Part shown: piece after piece, positions 1 to 13,074 of the stretch
Position numbering within the stretch: position 1 is the first letter of the stretch
Layout of the letters: the number at the start of each line of letters is the position of its first letter
NCBI RefSeq assembly: GCF_001194135.2
Contig: NC_068984.1
Location: 9,127,170 to 9,191,169, forward strand
Direction: 5' to 3'
From: Octopus bimaculoides
Taxonomy: Eukaryota
Length of the DNA: 64,000 nt
Translations under genes and position numbers: made by a program
Notes under the pieces: generated by a model
The model's input: only the letters and a program-made list of their open reading frames with translations
Databases searched by the model: none
Told to the model about the DNA's origin: nothing

Positions 1-184
1 CAAACACACACACACACACGCATACACACATACACACAGGCACACACACACGCACACAAACATGCACGCACACAAACACTCACATATGTGTATATATATG
101 TGTGTATGTGTGTGTGTGTGTGTGTGTGTCTGTCTGTTTATCTGTCTGTCTATCTACCTGTCTATCTATCTATCTGTCTGTCTG

Positions 185-222
<38 letters not shown>
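1..222. repeat. Compound microsatellite (CA)n/(TG)n/(TCTA)n/(TA)n
   Basis: Directly visible tandem di- and tetranucleotide runs. Confidence 0.95.
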
Positions 223-225
<3 letters not shown>

Positions 226-470
226 CCCTGCTGTACTCTTTCACCACAACTTTCTCTCACTCTTACTTCCTGTTTCTGTTGTGCCTGTAATTCAAAGGGT
301 CAGCCTTGTCACACTGTGTCACGCTGAATCTCCCCGAGAACTACGTTAAGGGTACACATGTCTGTGGAGTGCTCAGCCACTTGCACGTTAATTTCACGAG
401 CAGGCTGTTCCGTTCATCGGATCAACTGGAACCCACGACGTCGTAAGCGACGGAGTGCCAACAGCAACAA
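226..470 (+). mobile_element. Probable retroposon 3' portion (unassigned family)
   Basis: GC-richer block between microsatellites ending in GAGTGCCAACAGCAACAA, a (CAA)-like tail; resembles an octopus interspersed repeat from memory, with no second full copy in the window. Confidence 0.4.
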
Positions 471-761
471 TATATATATATACGTACATATATATTGGTT
501 AGAGTCTATGGAGTTGGTTTGCGTATAATAGTGTTGCTAAAATGATTTGAATTTGTTTTACAGCTGTCCTATGTACCTACATATCTATAACCCTGGTAGA
601 GGGGAATAAATTTTAATATTCTTTGTGGGAATTAATTTTGAAGGTGAAGAACGCAGTTACTTGCAATGACGCCGCAGATGTGGAGTCTTTCTGCGCATGC
701 TTACTGTTCAGAGAGCCATTAGAGATGCGTATTTGAGAGATATCTCTTACATTTGTCAATA

Positions 762-1040
762 TGTGATCACTTGGTCTAGCAGACTATCAGATGTTGTTAT
801 ACATCGCTGGTCACAATGCGCTTTGCATCGTTTTAGCTTTCGAAGGATGCTAGGCGAGCATGCCACCATTCTCCCTGATCGGAGGGTTACTCCGTCGCAG
901 GGTTACCCATTCATTGATGGAATTGGAACGTGAAATGAAGTGTTTTGCTCAAATAGAAAATCAAGGAATCTGTCCAGGAATCAAGACCACGGTCGTGAGA
1001 TCGTGATTACAACACACCTGACCAGTGGTCCACGCGCCTA
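762..1040 (-). mobile_element. tRNA-derived SINE, family C
   Basis: Minus strand: degenerate tRNA head (AGGCGCGTGGACCACTGG...TCTTGATTCC) then GAGCAAAACACTTCATTTCACGTT, matching the body at 48056-48205 and 33420-33585. Confidence 0.6.
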
Positions 1041-1108
1041 TCGCGGGGGGTTTTGGAATGTAATACCCGTGATAGTCGAAGTATTAGTGTATATATATTC
1101 TTACAAAA

Positions 1109-1320
1109 GCGGCCAGCTGGCAGAAACGTCAGCACACCGGGCGAAATGCTTAGCGGTATTTCGTCTGTCTTTACGTTCTAGGTTTAAATTTCGCCGCGGT
1201 CGACTTTGCCTTTCATCCTGTCGGGGTCGATAAATTAACTACTAGTTGCGAACTGGGGTCAATCTAATCGACTGGACCCCCTCCTCCAAAATTTCGGGCT
1301 TTGTGTCTAGAGTAGAAAAG
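1109..1320 (+). mobile_element. tRNA-derived SINE family A, tail type 1
   Basis: Head GGCCAGCTGGCAGAAACG (A box), degenerate B box, central GCCTTTCATCCTGTCGGGGTCGATAAATT, tail CTAGAGTAGAAAAG followed by (ATT)n. Confidence 0.9.
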
Positions 1321-1327
1321 ATTATTA

Positions 1328-1382
<55 letters not shown>

Positions 1383-1396
1383 CATCATCATCATCA

Positions 1397-1457
<61 letters not shown>

Positions 1458-1468
1458 CATTATTATTA
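1321..1468. repeat. (ATT)n/(ATC)n microsatellite between two SINE A copies
   Basis: Direct tandem repeat. Confidence 0.95.
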
Positions 1469-1687
1469 AGGTGGTGAGCTGGCTTAATCGTTAGCACGCC
1501 GGGCGAAATGCATGTCGGTATTTCGCCCGTCGCTTTGTTCTGAGTTCCAATTCCGCGGAAGTCGACTTGTAACTTTCATCCTTTCGGGGTCTATAAATTA
1601 AGTACCAGTGAAACACTGGGGTCGATGTAATCGGTTATCTCCCGCTCCACCCCCAGATTTCGTGCTTTCTGCCTATAGCAAACAGGG
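1469..1687 (+). mobile_element. SINE family A, tail type 1
   Basis: GGTGGTGAGCTGGC head, GAGTTCCAATTCC B box, CTTTCATCCTTTCGGGGTC core. Confidence 0.88.
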
Positions 1688-1717
1688 TTACGTGTATTCT
1701 TATATATCTGGATGCAT

Positions 1718-1840
1718 GCAGAGAGAGAGAGAGACAGAGAGAGACAGAGAGAGAGAGACAGAGAGAGACAGAGAGGGAGAGAGACAGAGAGAGAGAGACA
1801 GAGAGACAGAGAGAGAGAGAGAGACAGATAGGGAGAGAGC
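1718..1840. repeat. (GA)n/(GAGACA)n microsatellite
   Basis: Direct tandem repeat. Confidence 0.95.
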
Positions 1841-2656
1841 TATGCATTTACGCCTACATGCACGAGTGCATATGAAGATGTATAAATGCACTAATCCCCA
1901 ATTTTCGTATTTGCGTATCTGCATATATTTTATGTGTTTGTATAAATACATTTATAATTTAATTTATGAATATTCATGATATACACGCATTCATTAATAC
2001 ATACATATATTTGTTTGTTCATGTATATATATACATATTATATCTGTTTGTATATAACTCAATAAATACACTCATATAAGTTATTCTCCGTGTGCATGTT
2101 TTTTCTAGATATTAGCATAAACTACGTCATCTCCCTAACACTATTTTTCTAATATTTTAAGATATTTTCAACGGCTCCTCACACCTACATATTTTACATT
2201 AATTATATTGATTTGTATAATGAAACGCTGCCATATTTTTGACACATTTGCACTTAAAAGGATTTTCCAATATATATTTATACTCGTAGGCCTTCACTTA
2301 ATGTACCGCAATTACACATCTTACGTTTTTTCTGTTTTTATTTGTCCCATTGATATTTTTGAATTTTTCTCTCACACAGCACAACGCTATATTAGCTAAG
2401 GTCTTTGTATTGTCAAGAACGGCGCACTTTCTTTCCTCTTCTCATACGATTTAATGACACTCGTACATGAATTTCAATCTCTTCTCCTTTACAGATAAGT
2501 TTTACTGTCTTGCACGAAAATATCCAGATAAGAGAACTAAGTTTTAATTTTTACGCGGTAGATACTCACAGTAGCATGAAGACACGGTGGATTGAGATGG
2601 AAGTGGGGTTCTGAGAGGGTGTAAAGGCGGTAAATGTGAGTAAAGAGAGACAGACA

Positions 2657-2657
2657 C

Positions 2658-2718
<61 letters not shown>

Positions 2719-2947
2719 GAGATAGATAGATAGATAGGAAGAGAAAAGTAAAGGCATAAATGCAAACAAGCTAGAAAAAATAGCACTCGAATATATATTT
2801 CGAATATATGTTTCACAACTGTCACAACTGTGTGACGAGCTGTCAGGTGATACTCTGAGTAACAGTTTGTAGAGAGTTTTTTCAGCTTTAGTAGATAGAC
2901 AGACAGACAGACAGACGGAGGGAAGGACAGACGGACGGACGGACTGA

Positions 2948-2979
<32 letters not shown>

Positions 2980-3160
2980 TAGACAGACAGATAGACAGAC
3001 TGATAGATGGTAGATAGAAAGACAGACAGCCAGACAGCCAGACAGCCAGACAGCCAGACAAACAGACAGATAGATAGATAGATAGATAGATACATACATA
3101 CATACATACATACATACATACATGCATGCATACATACATAGACAGACATGTAGATAGATA
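2657..3160. repeat. (AGAT)n/(AGAC)n/(ACAT)n compound microsatellites with a short unique spacer
   Basis: Direct tandem repeats. Confidence 0.9.
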
Positions 3161-3272
3161 AGTGATAGGTGATAAATACATACACATATGCACATATATA
3201 TACATAATTATATACATATGCGTATATCTATAAGTATGAGTAAGTGGCCCCTTAACTATATTCTCAATGTAA

Positions 3273-3319
<47 letters not shown>

Positions 3320-3511
3320 TGACAAAGCTGCACCTTTCAATTACTGTGGCAGCTCTTCCTTAGGGGTCCATCTAATTTCAGCCTCGTGGTATGGATATCA
3401 ACTGTGTCACGCACTGCGATCGATTCCCGAGACCTCGTAGCTAAGACAACAACGAGCTTGTAAACATGTCTGCAATTTATGGCCTACATAAATATGTAGG
3501 TGCATTACACA

Positions 3512-3550
<39 letters not shown>

Positions 3551-4070
3551 ACATACACACACACACGCACACACTNNNNNNNNNNNNNNNNNNNNNNNNN
3601 NNNNNNNNNNNNNNNNNNNNNNNNNNNNNNNNNNNNNNNNNNNNNNNNNNNNNNNNNNNNNNNNNNNNNNNNNNNNNNNNNNNNNNNNNNNNNNNNNNNN
3701 NNNNNNNNNNNNNNNNNNNNNNNNNNNNNNNNNNNNNNNNNNNNNNNNNNNNNNNNNNNNNNNNNNNNNNNNNNNNNNNNNNNNNNNNNNNNNNNNNNNN
3801 NNNNNNNNNNNNNNNNNNNNNNNNNNNNNNNNNNNNNNNNNNNNNNNNNNNNNNNNNNNNNNNNNNNNNNNNNNNNNNNNNNNNNNNNNNNNNNNNNNNN
3901 NNNNNNNNNNNNNNNNNNNNNNNNNNNNNNNNNNNNNNNNNNNNNNNNNNNNNNNNNNNNNNNNNNNNNNNNNNNNNNNNNNNNNNNNNNNNNNNNNNNN
4001 NNNNNNNNNNNNNNNNNNNNNNNNNNNNNNNNNNNNNNNNNNNNNNNNNNNNNNNNNNNNNNNNNNNNNN

Positions 4071-4071
4071 N

Positions 4072-4104
<33 letters not shown>

Positions 4105-4176
4105 AGAGAGAGAACGTGACAGAGAGGAGTGACAGGGAGAAAACACATAGACAGAGTGATAGACAGACAGAGAGAC

Positions 4177-4209
<33 letters not shown>

Positions 4210-4210
4210 T

Positions 4211-4271
<61 letters not shown>

Positions 4272-4280
4272 CAGATAGAT
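4071..4280. repeat. (TA)n/(GACA)n/(GATA)n compound microsatellite
   Basis: Direct tandem repeats. Confidence 0.9.
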
Positions 4281-4934
4281 AATGAAGGAGAAAAAAGAGG
4301 CAGAGGTGGGAGGTAGTAGTTGGCAACACTGACACCAGTTTGCGTTCTTTCACCTCATTGGTTCTTTTTTCTTTGATTTAACCATTTCTCTAACTTTCAT
4401 CTTCTAGAAAATTACCAGTTTCATTGTCTTTGTACTCTTCGTAGATTGTTGTATCACGCTTCGTATGAAAATTATATACATTATATATACACACACAAAC
4501 ATCAACATAACACACACACACGCACAGACATATATACACACACACACAGACATATACACACATGTAGATTGTAGGGTCTGCGATCTTCATAAATTCTCGA
4601 CAGCAACTGCATTCCAACGTGTCATACGCACAAGCGTTTAAACATATCTAAAGTGTGTGTTTGTGTGTGTGTATATATATATATATAGGTAGATAGATAT
4701 AGGTAGAAAGATAGATAGAGAGAGAGAGAGAGTGAGACAGAAAGAGTGCGGGATAGATTGAGAGAGAGAAACAGAGAGTCACTCTCTATATATGTCTCTC
4801 TATATATATGTCTCTCTCTATATATATATATAATCAAAATGAGCAACAGGATATCCAGAGGTGATGCAGTACGAACGTTTCAAGCGGCTCCATTTAATTG
4901 AACAATGCAATCATTACATCAATTTAAATGCAGG

Positions 4935-5187
4935 GCAACCCTTTTTGCCGAACTGCTAAGTGACGGGGACGTAAACACACCAACATCGATTGTCAAGTGA
5001 CGGTGGCGGGGACAAACACCAAATAACAAATACATACATATATATATCCATATATATATATATAACAGGCTTCTTTCAGTTGACCCAATCCATTCACAAG
5101 GCTTTGGTCGGCCCGAGGAAATAGTAGAAGACAATTGCCGAAGTTGCCGCACTGAACCCGGAACCATGTGGTTGGGAAGCAAGCTTC
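4935..5187 (-). mobile_element. tRNA-derived SINE family B (internal microsatellite), head interrupted by SINE A
   Basis: Matches other B copies: GGAACCATGTGGTTGGGAAGC head, CACAAGGCTTTGGTCGGCCCGAG body, GGGGACGTAAACACACCAACATCG tail portion. Confidence 0.85.
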
Positions 5188-5419
5188 TTATTTCTTTACT
5201 GCCCACAAGGGGCTATACACAGAGGGGACAAACAAGGACAGACAAACGGATTAAGTCGATTATATCGACCCTAGTGCGTAACTGGTACTTATTTAATCGA
5301 CTACGAAAGGATGAAAGGCTAAGTCGACCTCGGCGGAATTTGAACTCAGAACGTAAAGACAGACGAAATACTGCTAAGCATTTCGCCCGGCACTCTAACG
5401 TTTCTGCCAGCTCGCCACC
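5188..5419 (-). mobile_element. SINE family A, tail type 2
   Basis: Full head to tail; tail reverse complement ends CTTGTGGGCAGTAAAGAAATAA. Confidence 0.92.
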
Positions 5420-6769
5420 NNNNNNNNNNNNNNNNNNNNNNNNNNNNNNNNNNNNNNNNNNNNNNNNNNNNNNNNNNNNNNNNNNNNNNNNNNNNNNNNN
5501 NNNNNNNNNNNNNNNNNNNNNNNNNNNNNNNNNNNNNNNNNNNNNNNNNNNNNNNNNNNNNNNNNNNNNNNNNNNNNNNNNNNNNNNNNNNNNNNNNNNN
5601 NNNNNNNNNNNNNNNNNNNNNNNNNNNNNNNNNNNNNNNNNNNNNNNNNNNNNNNNNNNNNNNNNNNNNNNNNNNNNNNNNNNNNNNNNNNNNNNNNNNN
5701 NNNNNNNNNNNNNNNNNNNNNNNNNNNNNNNNNNNNNNNNNNNNNNNNNNNNNNNNNNNNNNNNNNNNNNNNNNNNNNNNNNNNNNNNNNNNNNNNNNNN
5801 NNNNNNNNNNNNNNNNNNNNNNNNNNNNNNNNNNNNNNNNNNNNNNNNNNNNNNNNNNNNNNNNNNNNNNNNNNNNNNNNNNNNNNNNNNNNNNNNNNNN
5901 NNNNNNNNNNNNNNNNNNNNNNNNNNNNNNNNNNNNNNNNNNNNNNNNNNNNNNNNNNNNNNNNNNNNNNNNNNNNNNNNNNNNNNNNNNNNNNNNNNNN
6001 NNNNNNNNNNNNNNNNNNNNNNNNNNNNNNNNNNNNNNNNNNNNNNNNNNNNNNNNNNNNNNNNNNNNNNNNNNNNNNNNNNNNNNNNNNNNNNNNNNNN
6101 NNNNNNNNNNNNNNNNNNNNNNNNNNNNNNNNNNNNNNNNNNNNNNNNNNNNNNNNNNNNNNNNNNNNNNNNNNNNNNNNNNNNNNNNNNNNNNNNNNNN
6201 NNNNNNNNNNNNNNNTATATATATATATATGTATATATGTATGTACGTATGTACGTACTTACGTATGTGTGTATGTATGTATGCATGTATGTATGTATGT
6301 ATGTATGTATGTATGTATGTATGCGTTAATGATTTTATGTTCAGTTATAATAAGAACAATTTTACTCTGTACTCTTGTGAAGTCCATATTTAATATTCTG
6401 ATACAAGAATATTGCTTATTGGAAATTCCTATATGACAATTTTCTCGTAACTTAATGAAACATAAATAGATAGTTTATTTTATTATATTTTATAATAATT
6501 AAATTACATACATGTCTACATTAATATAAAAATTTGTTAAAGTAATACAGATATTAAGCTAGCTCAGCGTGTTAGAAGTCCATATTAAAAAATACTCCGT
6601 TGACATAACATTTCAAGAACGCAAAGTCAACTTCTGAAATATGGAAGACAATAATTGTAAAATTAATGGAAATTAATAAGATAGTTTTCTAAAGAAGAGA
6701 AGGGAAATTTAGTAAGATAATTAAAGAGTAACTAATTAGCTGAATCCTTATATTGTGACTTAAATATAT

Positions 6770-6932
6770 GTGGGCGTGCATGTGCAGTAAGAAGCTTGCT
6801 TCCCAACCACGTTGTTCCGGTTTAGTATCACTGCGTGACACCTTGGGGAGCTGTCTTCTACAATAGTTTCGGTCCCGAACAAAGCCTTGTGAGTGGATTT
6901 TGTAAACGAAAACCGAAAGAAGCCCTTCGTAT
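6770..6932 (+). mobile_element. SINE family B, head and body
   Basis: GTAAGAAGCTTGCTTCCCAACCAC...CCTTGTGAGTGGATTTTGTAAACGAAAACCGAAAGAAGCCC followed by (TA)n. Confidence 0.85.
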
Positions 6933-7533
6933 ATATACATACATACATATATATGTATATACATTTATATATACATACATATATATGTATATATATATNN
7001 NNNNNNNNNNNNNNNNNNNNNNNNNNNNNNNNNNNNNNNNNNNNNNNNNNNNNNNNNNNNNNNNNNNNNNNNNNNNNNNNNNNNNNNNNNNNNNNNNNNN
7101 NNNNNNNNNNNNNNNNNNNNNNNNNNNNNNNNNNNNNNNNNNNNNNNNNNNNNNNNNNNNNNNNNNNNNNNNNNNNNNNNNNNNNNNNNNNNNNNNNNNN
7201 NNNNNNNNNNNNNNNNNNNNNNNNNNNNNNNNNNNNNNNNNNNNNNNNNNNNNNNNNNNNNNNNNNNNNNNNNNNNNNNNNNNNNNNNNNNNNNNNNNNN
7301 NNNNNNNNNNNNNNNNNNNNNNNNNNNNNNNNNNNNNNNNNNNNNNNNNNNNNNNNNNNNNNNNNNNNNNNNNNNNNNNNNNNNNNNNNNNNNNNNNNNN
7401 NNNNNNNNNNNNNNNNNNNNNNNNNNNNNNNNNNNNNNNNNNNNNNNNNNNNNNNNNNNNNNNNNNNNNNNNNNNNNNNNNNNNNNNNNNNNNNNNNNNN
7501 NNNNNNNNNNNNNNNNNNNNNNNNNNNNNNNNN

Positions 7534-7581
7534 GAACCCGGAACCATGTGGTTCTTAAGCAAGCTACTTACCACACAGTCA
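7534..7581 (-). mobile_element. SINE family B head fragment at gap edge
   Basis: GAACCCGGAACCATGTGGTTCTTAAGCAAGCTACTTACCACACAG. Confidence 0.8.
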
Positions 7582-8386
7582 CTTCTACACCTAATTATTT
7601 TTCATGTACAACTACCCCTTCATATATTTAAATAACAGAATTTTTTGTGGGAACCGGATGCAATGCTTCTCAATAACCCGTAATTATATTCCAGGCTGAA
7701 AATACTTTGACAAGTCCGAGCATTTCGTGGTCTGCCTGGTCTGAACAGCCGAGGATGGAAGCAAATGGCTATTGCCAAACATTAAAACTTTCAGTTCTCA
7801 AAGCATGTGAGTGACTCTGTGGGAGATCGACGCGTGTGCGCCTGACTTTATGTGTGTGTTTTTCATTGTTGATGTATGTATGCACATAAGTTTTATTTGA
7901 AACACGTCAGGAGAAAGACAACAGAAATGAAGGCAAAATAGAATATAAGCAGCAATTGTCTAGAAAACAAAAGAAGGATAAATCGATGAAAGAAAGAAAT
8001 GATGACCCACTGGGGGGAAAGATCGTGATATGATATCCGAGTTGCTGACTTTTACTCTCAGATTGCTTATAACTTTCTTTATATAGCATAACTATTTATA
8101 TATATAGGTTGCTAGATCGGATTTTGGTTATTCTACAATGAAGGAGAACAATTATCCATTTAGGTAGTCAAAGAATATATTAAAGAGGGTGTTCGTTTTT
8201 TCTAAAGGCGGTAAATATGGTAATAACATGCGTGCCAATCCGAGGATCTGTGGATATGTAAATGAGTTAAAATTGTAACGATAGAGGGCAGCGGATCGAT
8301 TCACATCGCACGAAAGCTTCCTACAGCTACAAGTCATTCGGCAGCATAATTATACAGGCATGATATTCAGAAATGCAGTATGCAGT

Positions 8387-8423
<37 letters not shown>

Positions 8424-8573
8424 ATATACACATACATATACATACATATATCTGTATGTATTATGTATATATATATATATACCAGGATATATATATATAT
8501 ATNNNNNNNNNNATACACATACATATACATACATATATCTGTATGTATTATGTATATATATATATATACCAGG

Positions 8574-8613
<40 letters not shown>

Positions 8614-8722
8614 ATATATGTACATATACATACATATGCATACGTACAGAGATGTATGTAGGTATATAAATATAATCATACTTAAATTTATAAATAAATA
8701 TATATCTTTACACACAGACATA

Positions 8723-8805
<83 letters not shown>

Positions 8806-8883
8806 GTGTGTACATACACACAGATACACATAATATATATANNNNNNNNNNNNNNNNNNNNNNNNNNNNNNNNNNNNNNNNNN

Positions 8884-8941
<58 letters not shown>

Positions 8942-9661
8942 ATTCCCAGTTAATATACGTCTAGATTTGTAATTTATAAATATTCCTGTTCTTTAATTCA
9001 TGTTGTTCTTCCTCTCCAGCGCCTTCATTATTCCCAACAATTTTCTAAATACGGACGCACTATATGTATTCTTCTGCCACAGCTGGAAGTATTGTTTTGC
9101 TTTGTTGAAAGGTACGCATGACCTGTAAATAGACATTTTATTGGCACCCTCTTGAAAGAGTATTATCATTGCGCATTATCTCTCGGCTATTTTCGTCTTA
9201 AATATACAGAATATCTCTGTGCTTTCTAGCTTTCTAACTAAATGATTGAAATTATCATCCAATATATATATATGCATANNNNNNNNNNNNNNNNNNNNNN
9301 NNNNNNNNNNNNNNNNNNNNNNNNNNNNNNNNNNNNNNNNNNNNNNNNNNNNNNNNNNNNNNNNNNNNNNNNNNNNNNNNNNNNNNNNNNNNNNNNNNNN
9401 NNNNNNNNNNNNNNNNNNNNNNNNNNNNNNNNNNNNNNNNNNNNNNNNNNNNNNNNNNNNNNNNNNNNNNNNNNNNNNNNNNNNNNNNNNNNNNNNNNNN
9501 NNNNNNNNNNNNNNNNNNNNNNNNNNNNNNNNNNNNNNNNNNNNNNNNNNNNNNNNNNNNNNNNNNNNNNNNNNNNNNNNNNNNNNNNNNNNNNNNNNNN
9601 NNNNNNNNNNNNNNNNNNNNNNNNNNNNNNNNNNNNNNNNNNNNNNNNNNNNNNNNNNNNN

Positions 9662-9730
<69 letters not shown>

Positions 9731-10687
9731 ATATATTTATACACTTCACACCACACACATAGATAGATAGATAGCTAGATAGATAATGCGTTCGATTGTA
9801 GATCTTGTAGTGTGCTAGACTATTCACGCTGAGGTTAGTTCTTAATCATAACACGTTCCGTTACCTTCTGATTTCAAATCACACCAAGTTCATATTAACC
9901 CCCGGACCATCGGAGTTAATTAAATAAAGATTCAGTACACTCGGTTAAATTGATAACCACCCGAATCCAAATATTTAACTTTCTGTCAAGGTTACAACTT
10001 AGTATTAATTTGTTTCTTGTTTCAGATCAGACTGTAGATTCAAATAGAAACTATAGGTTTCGTATTAGTTCACAGATGTTCATTTTCATAATTTTTCACA
10101 AGACATCACATCCGTTTAGCACTCGATGTCTACGATAGTGCAAGTTTTTCTCTGCGTCTCATAGAGTAATGGCCGACATTTTATACTTACATCTGATTTC
10201 AGCTTTATTTTAATATTCTGCCAGAATTCTTGGTCATTAGAGCGATCCATTCTAAATAAGGTATTGCTTTAGCGACAGCGATTCATATAAATATCTACAC
10301 TGCAAAGGTTTAGACAGCTGCTGTGATGTCTCTCACGTTGGTATGGCACAATGACTATTTCCAAACACAATGTGATTATCTAGCGGTGGATCTCCGTCGT
10401 TCGGCATCGAGGATTTTGTTTTCGATCATCTAAACTACTGGCTACTGAGTTATTTTGGAATTTATAAAGTATTCCACAAACTTGGGCACTCTTAATGTAA
10501 TTCTTAGACACAATATAACACAGCGTGCAGCAAGGTACAACACACTTGGCATGATTTTGTACAGTTTTCTTCTACAAGAATGTATTTGCCTTGTATTGCT
10601 TTCCATAGATTCTGCCGGGTGTTAAATTATTAAAGCGAACTATGTTAATAAGGGTGGGCATGGGTGTGTATTTAATAATTTTGTTTT

Positions 10688-11067
10688 GAAGTCACGTGGT
10701 TTCAGTTTCAATCCCAATGCACAGCACATTGGGCAAGTGTCATCGACTATGTCCCTGAGCGGGTTAATGCTTTGTGAGTGAATTTCGTAGATGGAAATTA
10801 AAAGAAGCCTGTTGTGTGAGTGTGTTCATGTGTGGGTGTTTGTGTGTGAGTGTGTGTGTATTTGTGTGTTTGCGTGTGGGCGTGCGTGTGTGTGTGAGTG
10901 TATCTGGGGCCTGTGAGTGCGCATGTGCGTGTGTGTTTATGTATGTGATCGAGTGTGTGTCTTCGTGTGTATGCTTGTCCCACACACCACCTGCCAACCG
11001 GTGCTCATCAGCTTACGTCCCCATAACTTAGCAGTATCCCAATAGTAAAAAACGGATAGAATAAGTG
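10688..11067 (+). mobile_element. SINE family B, diverged, with internal (TG)n
   Basis: TTGGGCAAGTGTC...TTGTGAGTGAATTTCGTAGATGGAAATTAAAAGAAGCC, then (TG)n, then CTTACGTCCCCATAACTTAGC...GATAGAATAAGT. Confidence 0.75.
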
Positions 11068-12243
11068 GGGAAAATTCAAGAAGATATGTTCTTGTATCGA
11101 TGTATCGATTTGTCCGATTAAGCTTTTGTTAAGTGCCAGTGGCGATATTGTCCGAACCCTCGTCTCCACTGACATGTCTCATGATGACGACATATTTCGT
11201 CCTCTCTACGGAACTGGTCCGAACGGCGTACCTTCACTGACCTACTGACTGTGTCATTCCATTATTTATTCGTAGTGGACCAGCCCACTTCTTGCCTGGG
11301 GGCGTCCGACACAACAGCTTTTCAAAGCGGAGTTCCAATATGGCAGCACCCCAAAGACCGTAACCCCTAAAAGATGAGCCATATACTATGAAATAAGAAT
11401 TGTCAAATCATACATATGCGTGCGTGTGTATGTGTGGGCGTATGTGCGTAGCCGTGTGTGTATCTGTATGTATGTGTATGCGTGTATTTGTGTGCGTGCA
11501 TGTATGTAATTATGTTTATACGTTTTCAATTCGGTGTGATTGTTTATCTGGAGATGAAATTGTCTATTTTTAGAAACCTAAAAGTACAGTAAACTTTACT
11601 CTATGCAGCGTTAACATCGATATAAGAAGAAACATCTTCTCTGTTTCATTGTAACTAATTAATTGTTTCCATAAATTCTGAAATCTTCCAGGTGATTACT
11701 TCACTGAATCTAATTAACACATAGCAATTCGTACAAGAATTTTTAACTCAATTACTATCCGCAAGATACAGACTCCTCACAATGTTTGGTGTCTATGCCG
11801 TGTGATCAAAGTAATTTACCGTTCTTTCACATCTGTATTTTAAATGATCTGTGTACGTAAACTAATCTACAGTGGATTAATGAGATCTAGTCCTCTCTGG
11901 ATTAGTGAGGTCTTTACAAATTGGAAGTTTCAGTTGGAGAAGGCAATTATGTAGACACGCGGGTTCGGTTCAATTTGTAACTATGCAAATTGCATGTTTG
12001 AGTTTTCATCTTAATCAATATGTTAGTTAAATCAATGTTGTAGTAGTCACAGATTAAGCTTGCTCAAACTGTACAATGTATAGAGGCATTCCACCCATGA
12101 ACATCCCTTCTTTTTATCTCCAGATGTCAGCTTATATCACTAGATATCCTACGGCAATAACAAATAATATAAATGTGGAGGATTCGTTTTTAGAATAAAG
12201 CTGTAAATAATAATTTCAATTTTTTTCCACAAGGACAGCTTGC

Positions 12244-12424
12244 GGGAGAGGATTACGTCGAGTACGACGACCCCAGTGTCTCACTGGTACCTTAATTGAT
12301 CGACCCCGAAAGGATGAAAGGTAACGTCGACCTCGGCAAAATTTGAACTCAGAACGTAGCGACGGGCGAAATACTGCTAAGCATTCTGTCCAGCGTGCTA
12401 ACGATTCTGCCAGCTCACCGCCTT
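12244..12424 (-). mobile_element. SINE family A
   Basis: CGACCCCGAAAGGATGAAAGG core; TTTGAACTCAGAACG B box; TCTGCCAGCTCACCGCC head. Confidence 0.9.
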
Positions 12425-12446
12425 GAATGAAAATATAAATAATCCA

Positions 12447-12512
12447 TTCTATTTTAGGTACAAGTCCTGAAATTTGGAGGATGGGGGACAGTCGATTACA
12501 TCGACCCCAATA
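12447..12512 (-). mobile_element. SINE family A, tail-only fragment (type 1)
   Basis: GTCGATTACATCGACCCC plus tail. Confidence 0.7.
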
Positions 12513-12567
12513 CAGAAGGTTTGTAAATACTGGGTTAGAAATCTTTTTGGGCAGGAAAAATTCGAAG

Positions 12568-12610
12568 AAACAAGATGAGGACAAATATCCGTCAAATGTA
12601 AATAATGTAA
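12568..12610 (+). mobile_element. 3' tail fragment of the tRNA-hammerhead element
   Basis: AAACAAGATGAGGACAAATATCCGTCAAATGTAAATAATGTAA is near-identical to the reverse complement of about 35890-35933. Confidence 0.8.
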
Positions 12611-12725
12611 AGCTTAGTCAAGGTTATCCAACTCTTAACATAATAGCGTGAGGTTTGAAAGATATTTAGTTGGTATTTCTAGCATTGCGAACGGCCACGT
12701 TGTGCCTTATTGGCTACTAATAACT

Positions 12726-12930
12726 TTTACTTTCATTGGTTTCAGTCATTAGACTGCGGCCATGCTGGGGCACCACCTGGAAGAATTTTAGTCGAACAAA
12801 TCAGCCACAGAATTTATTAATTCTTAGCCTGATATATATTTCATCGGTCTCTTTTGCCGGAAGTTACAGGACGTAAAGACACCAACATCGGTTATCAAGC
12901 AGTGGTGTGGGTAATCACAGACAAAAATGC
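12726..12930 (-). mobile_element. SINE family B tail half
   Basis: TTTCAGTCATTAGACTGCGGCCATGCTGGGGCACC...GACACCAACATCGGTT followed by (CA)n. Confidence 0.8.
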
Positions 12931-13074
12931 ACACACACACATATACGCACACGCGCATAAACACACGCACATACATACGCACACGCGCTAAAACACACGC
13001 ACACACACACACACACACACACACGCACAGACACACACACAAACACATTCGCCATGTTGGACCGCTGACTTCTA

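Noticed and set aside
4860-4900. Minus-strand GAAACGTT with upstream ATGGAGCC
   Set aside because: No CUGANGA core and no stem I
8425-8580. Exact duplication of about 75 bp on both sides of a 10-N gap
   Set aside because: Typical unmerged contig overlap (assembly artefact)
11175-11225. Minus-strand GGAC-GAAA-TATGTC resembling a hammerhead 3' half
   Set aside because: The upstream core reads CGGACCA and stem I does not pair
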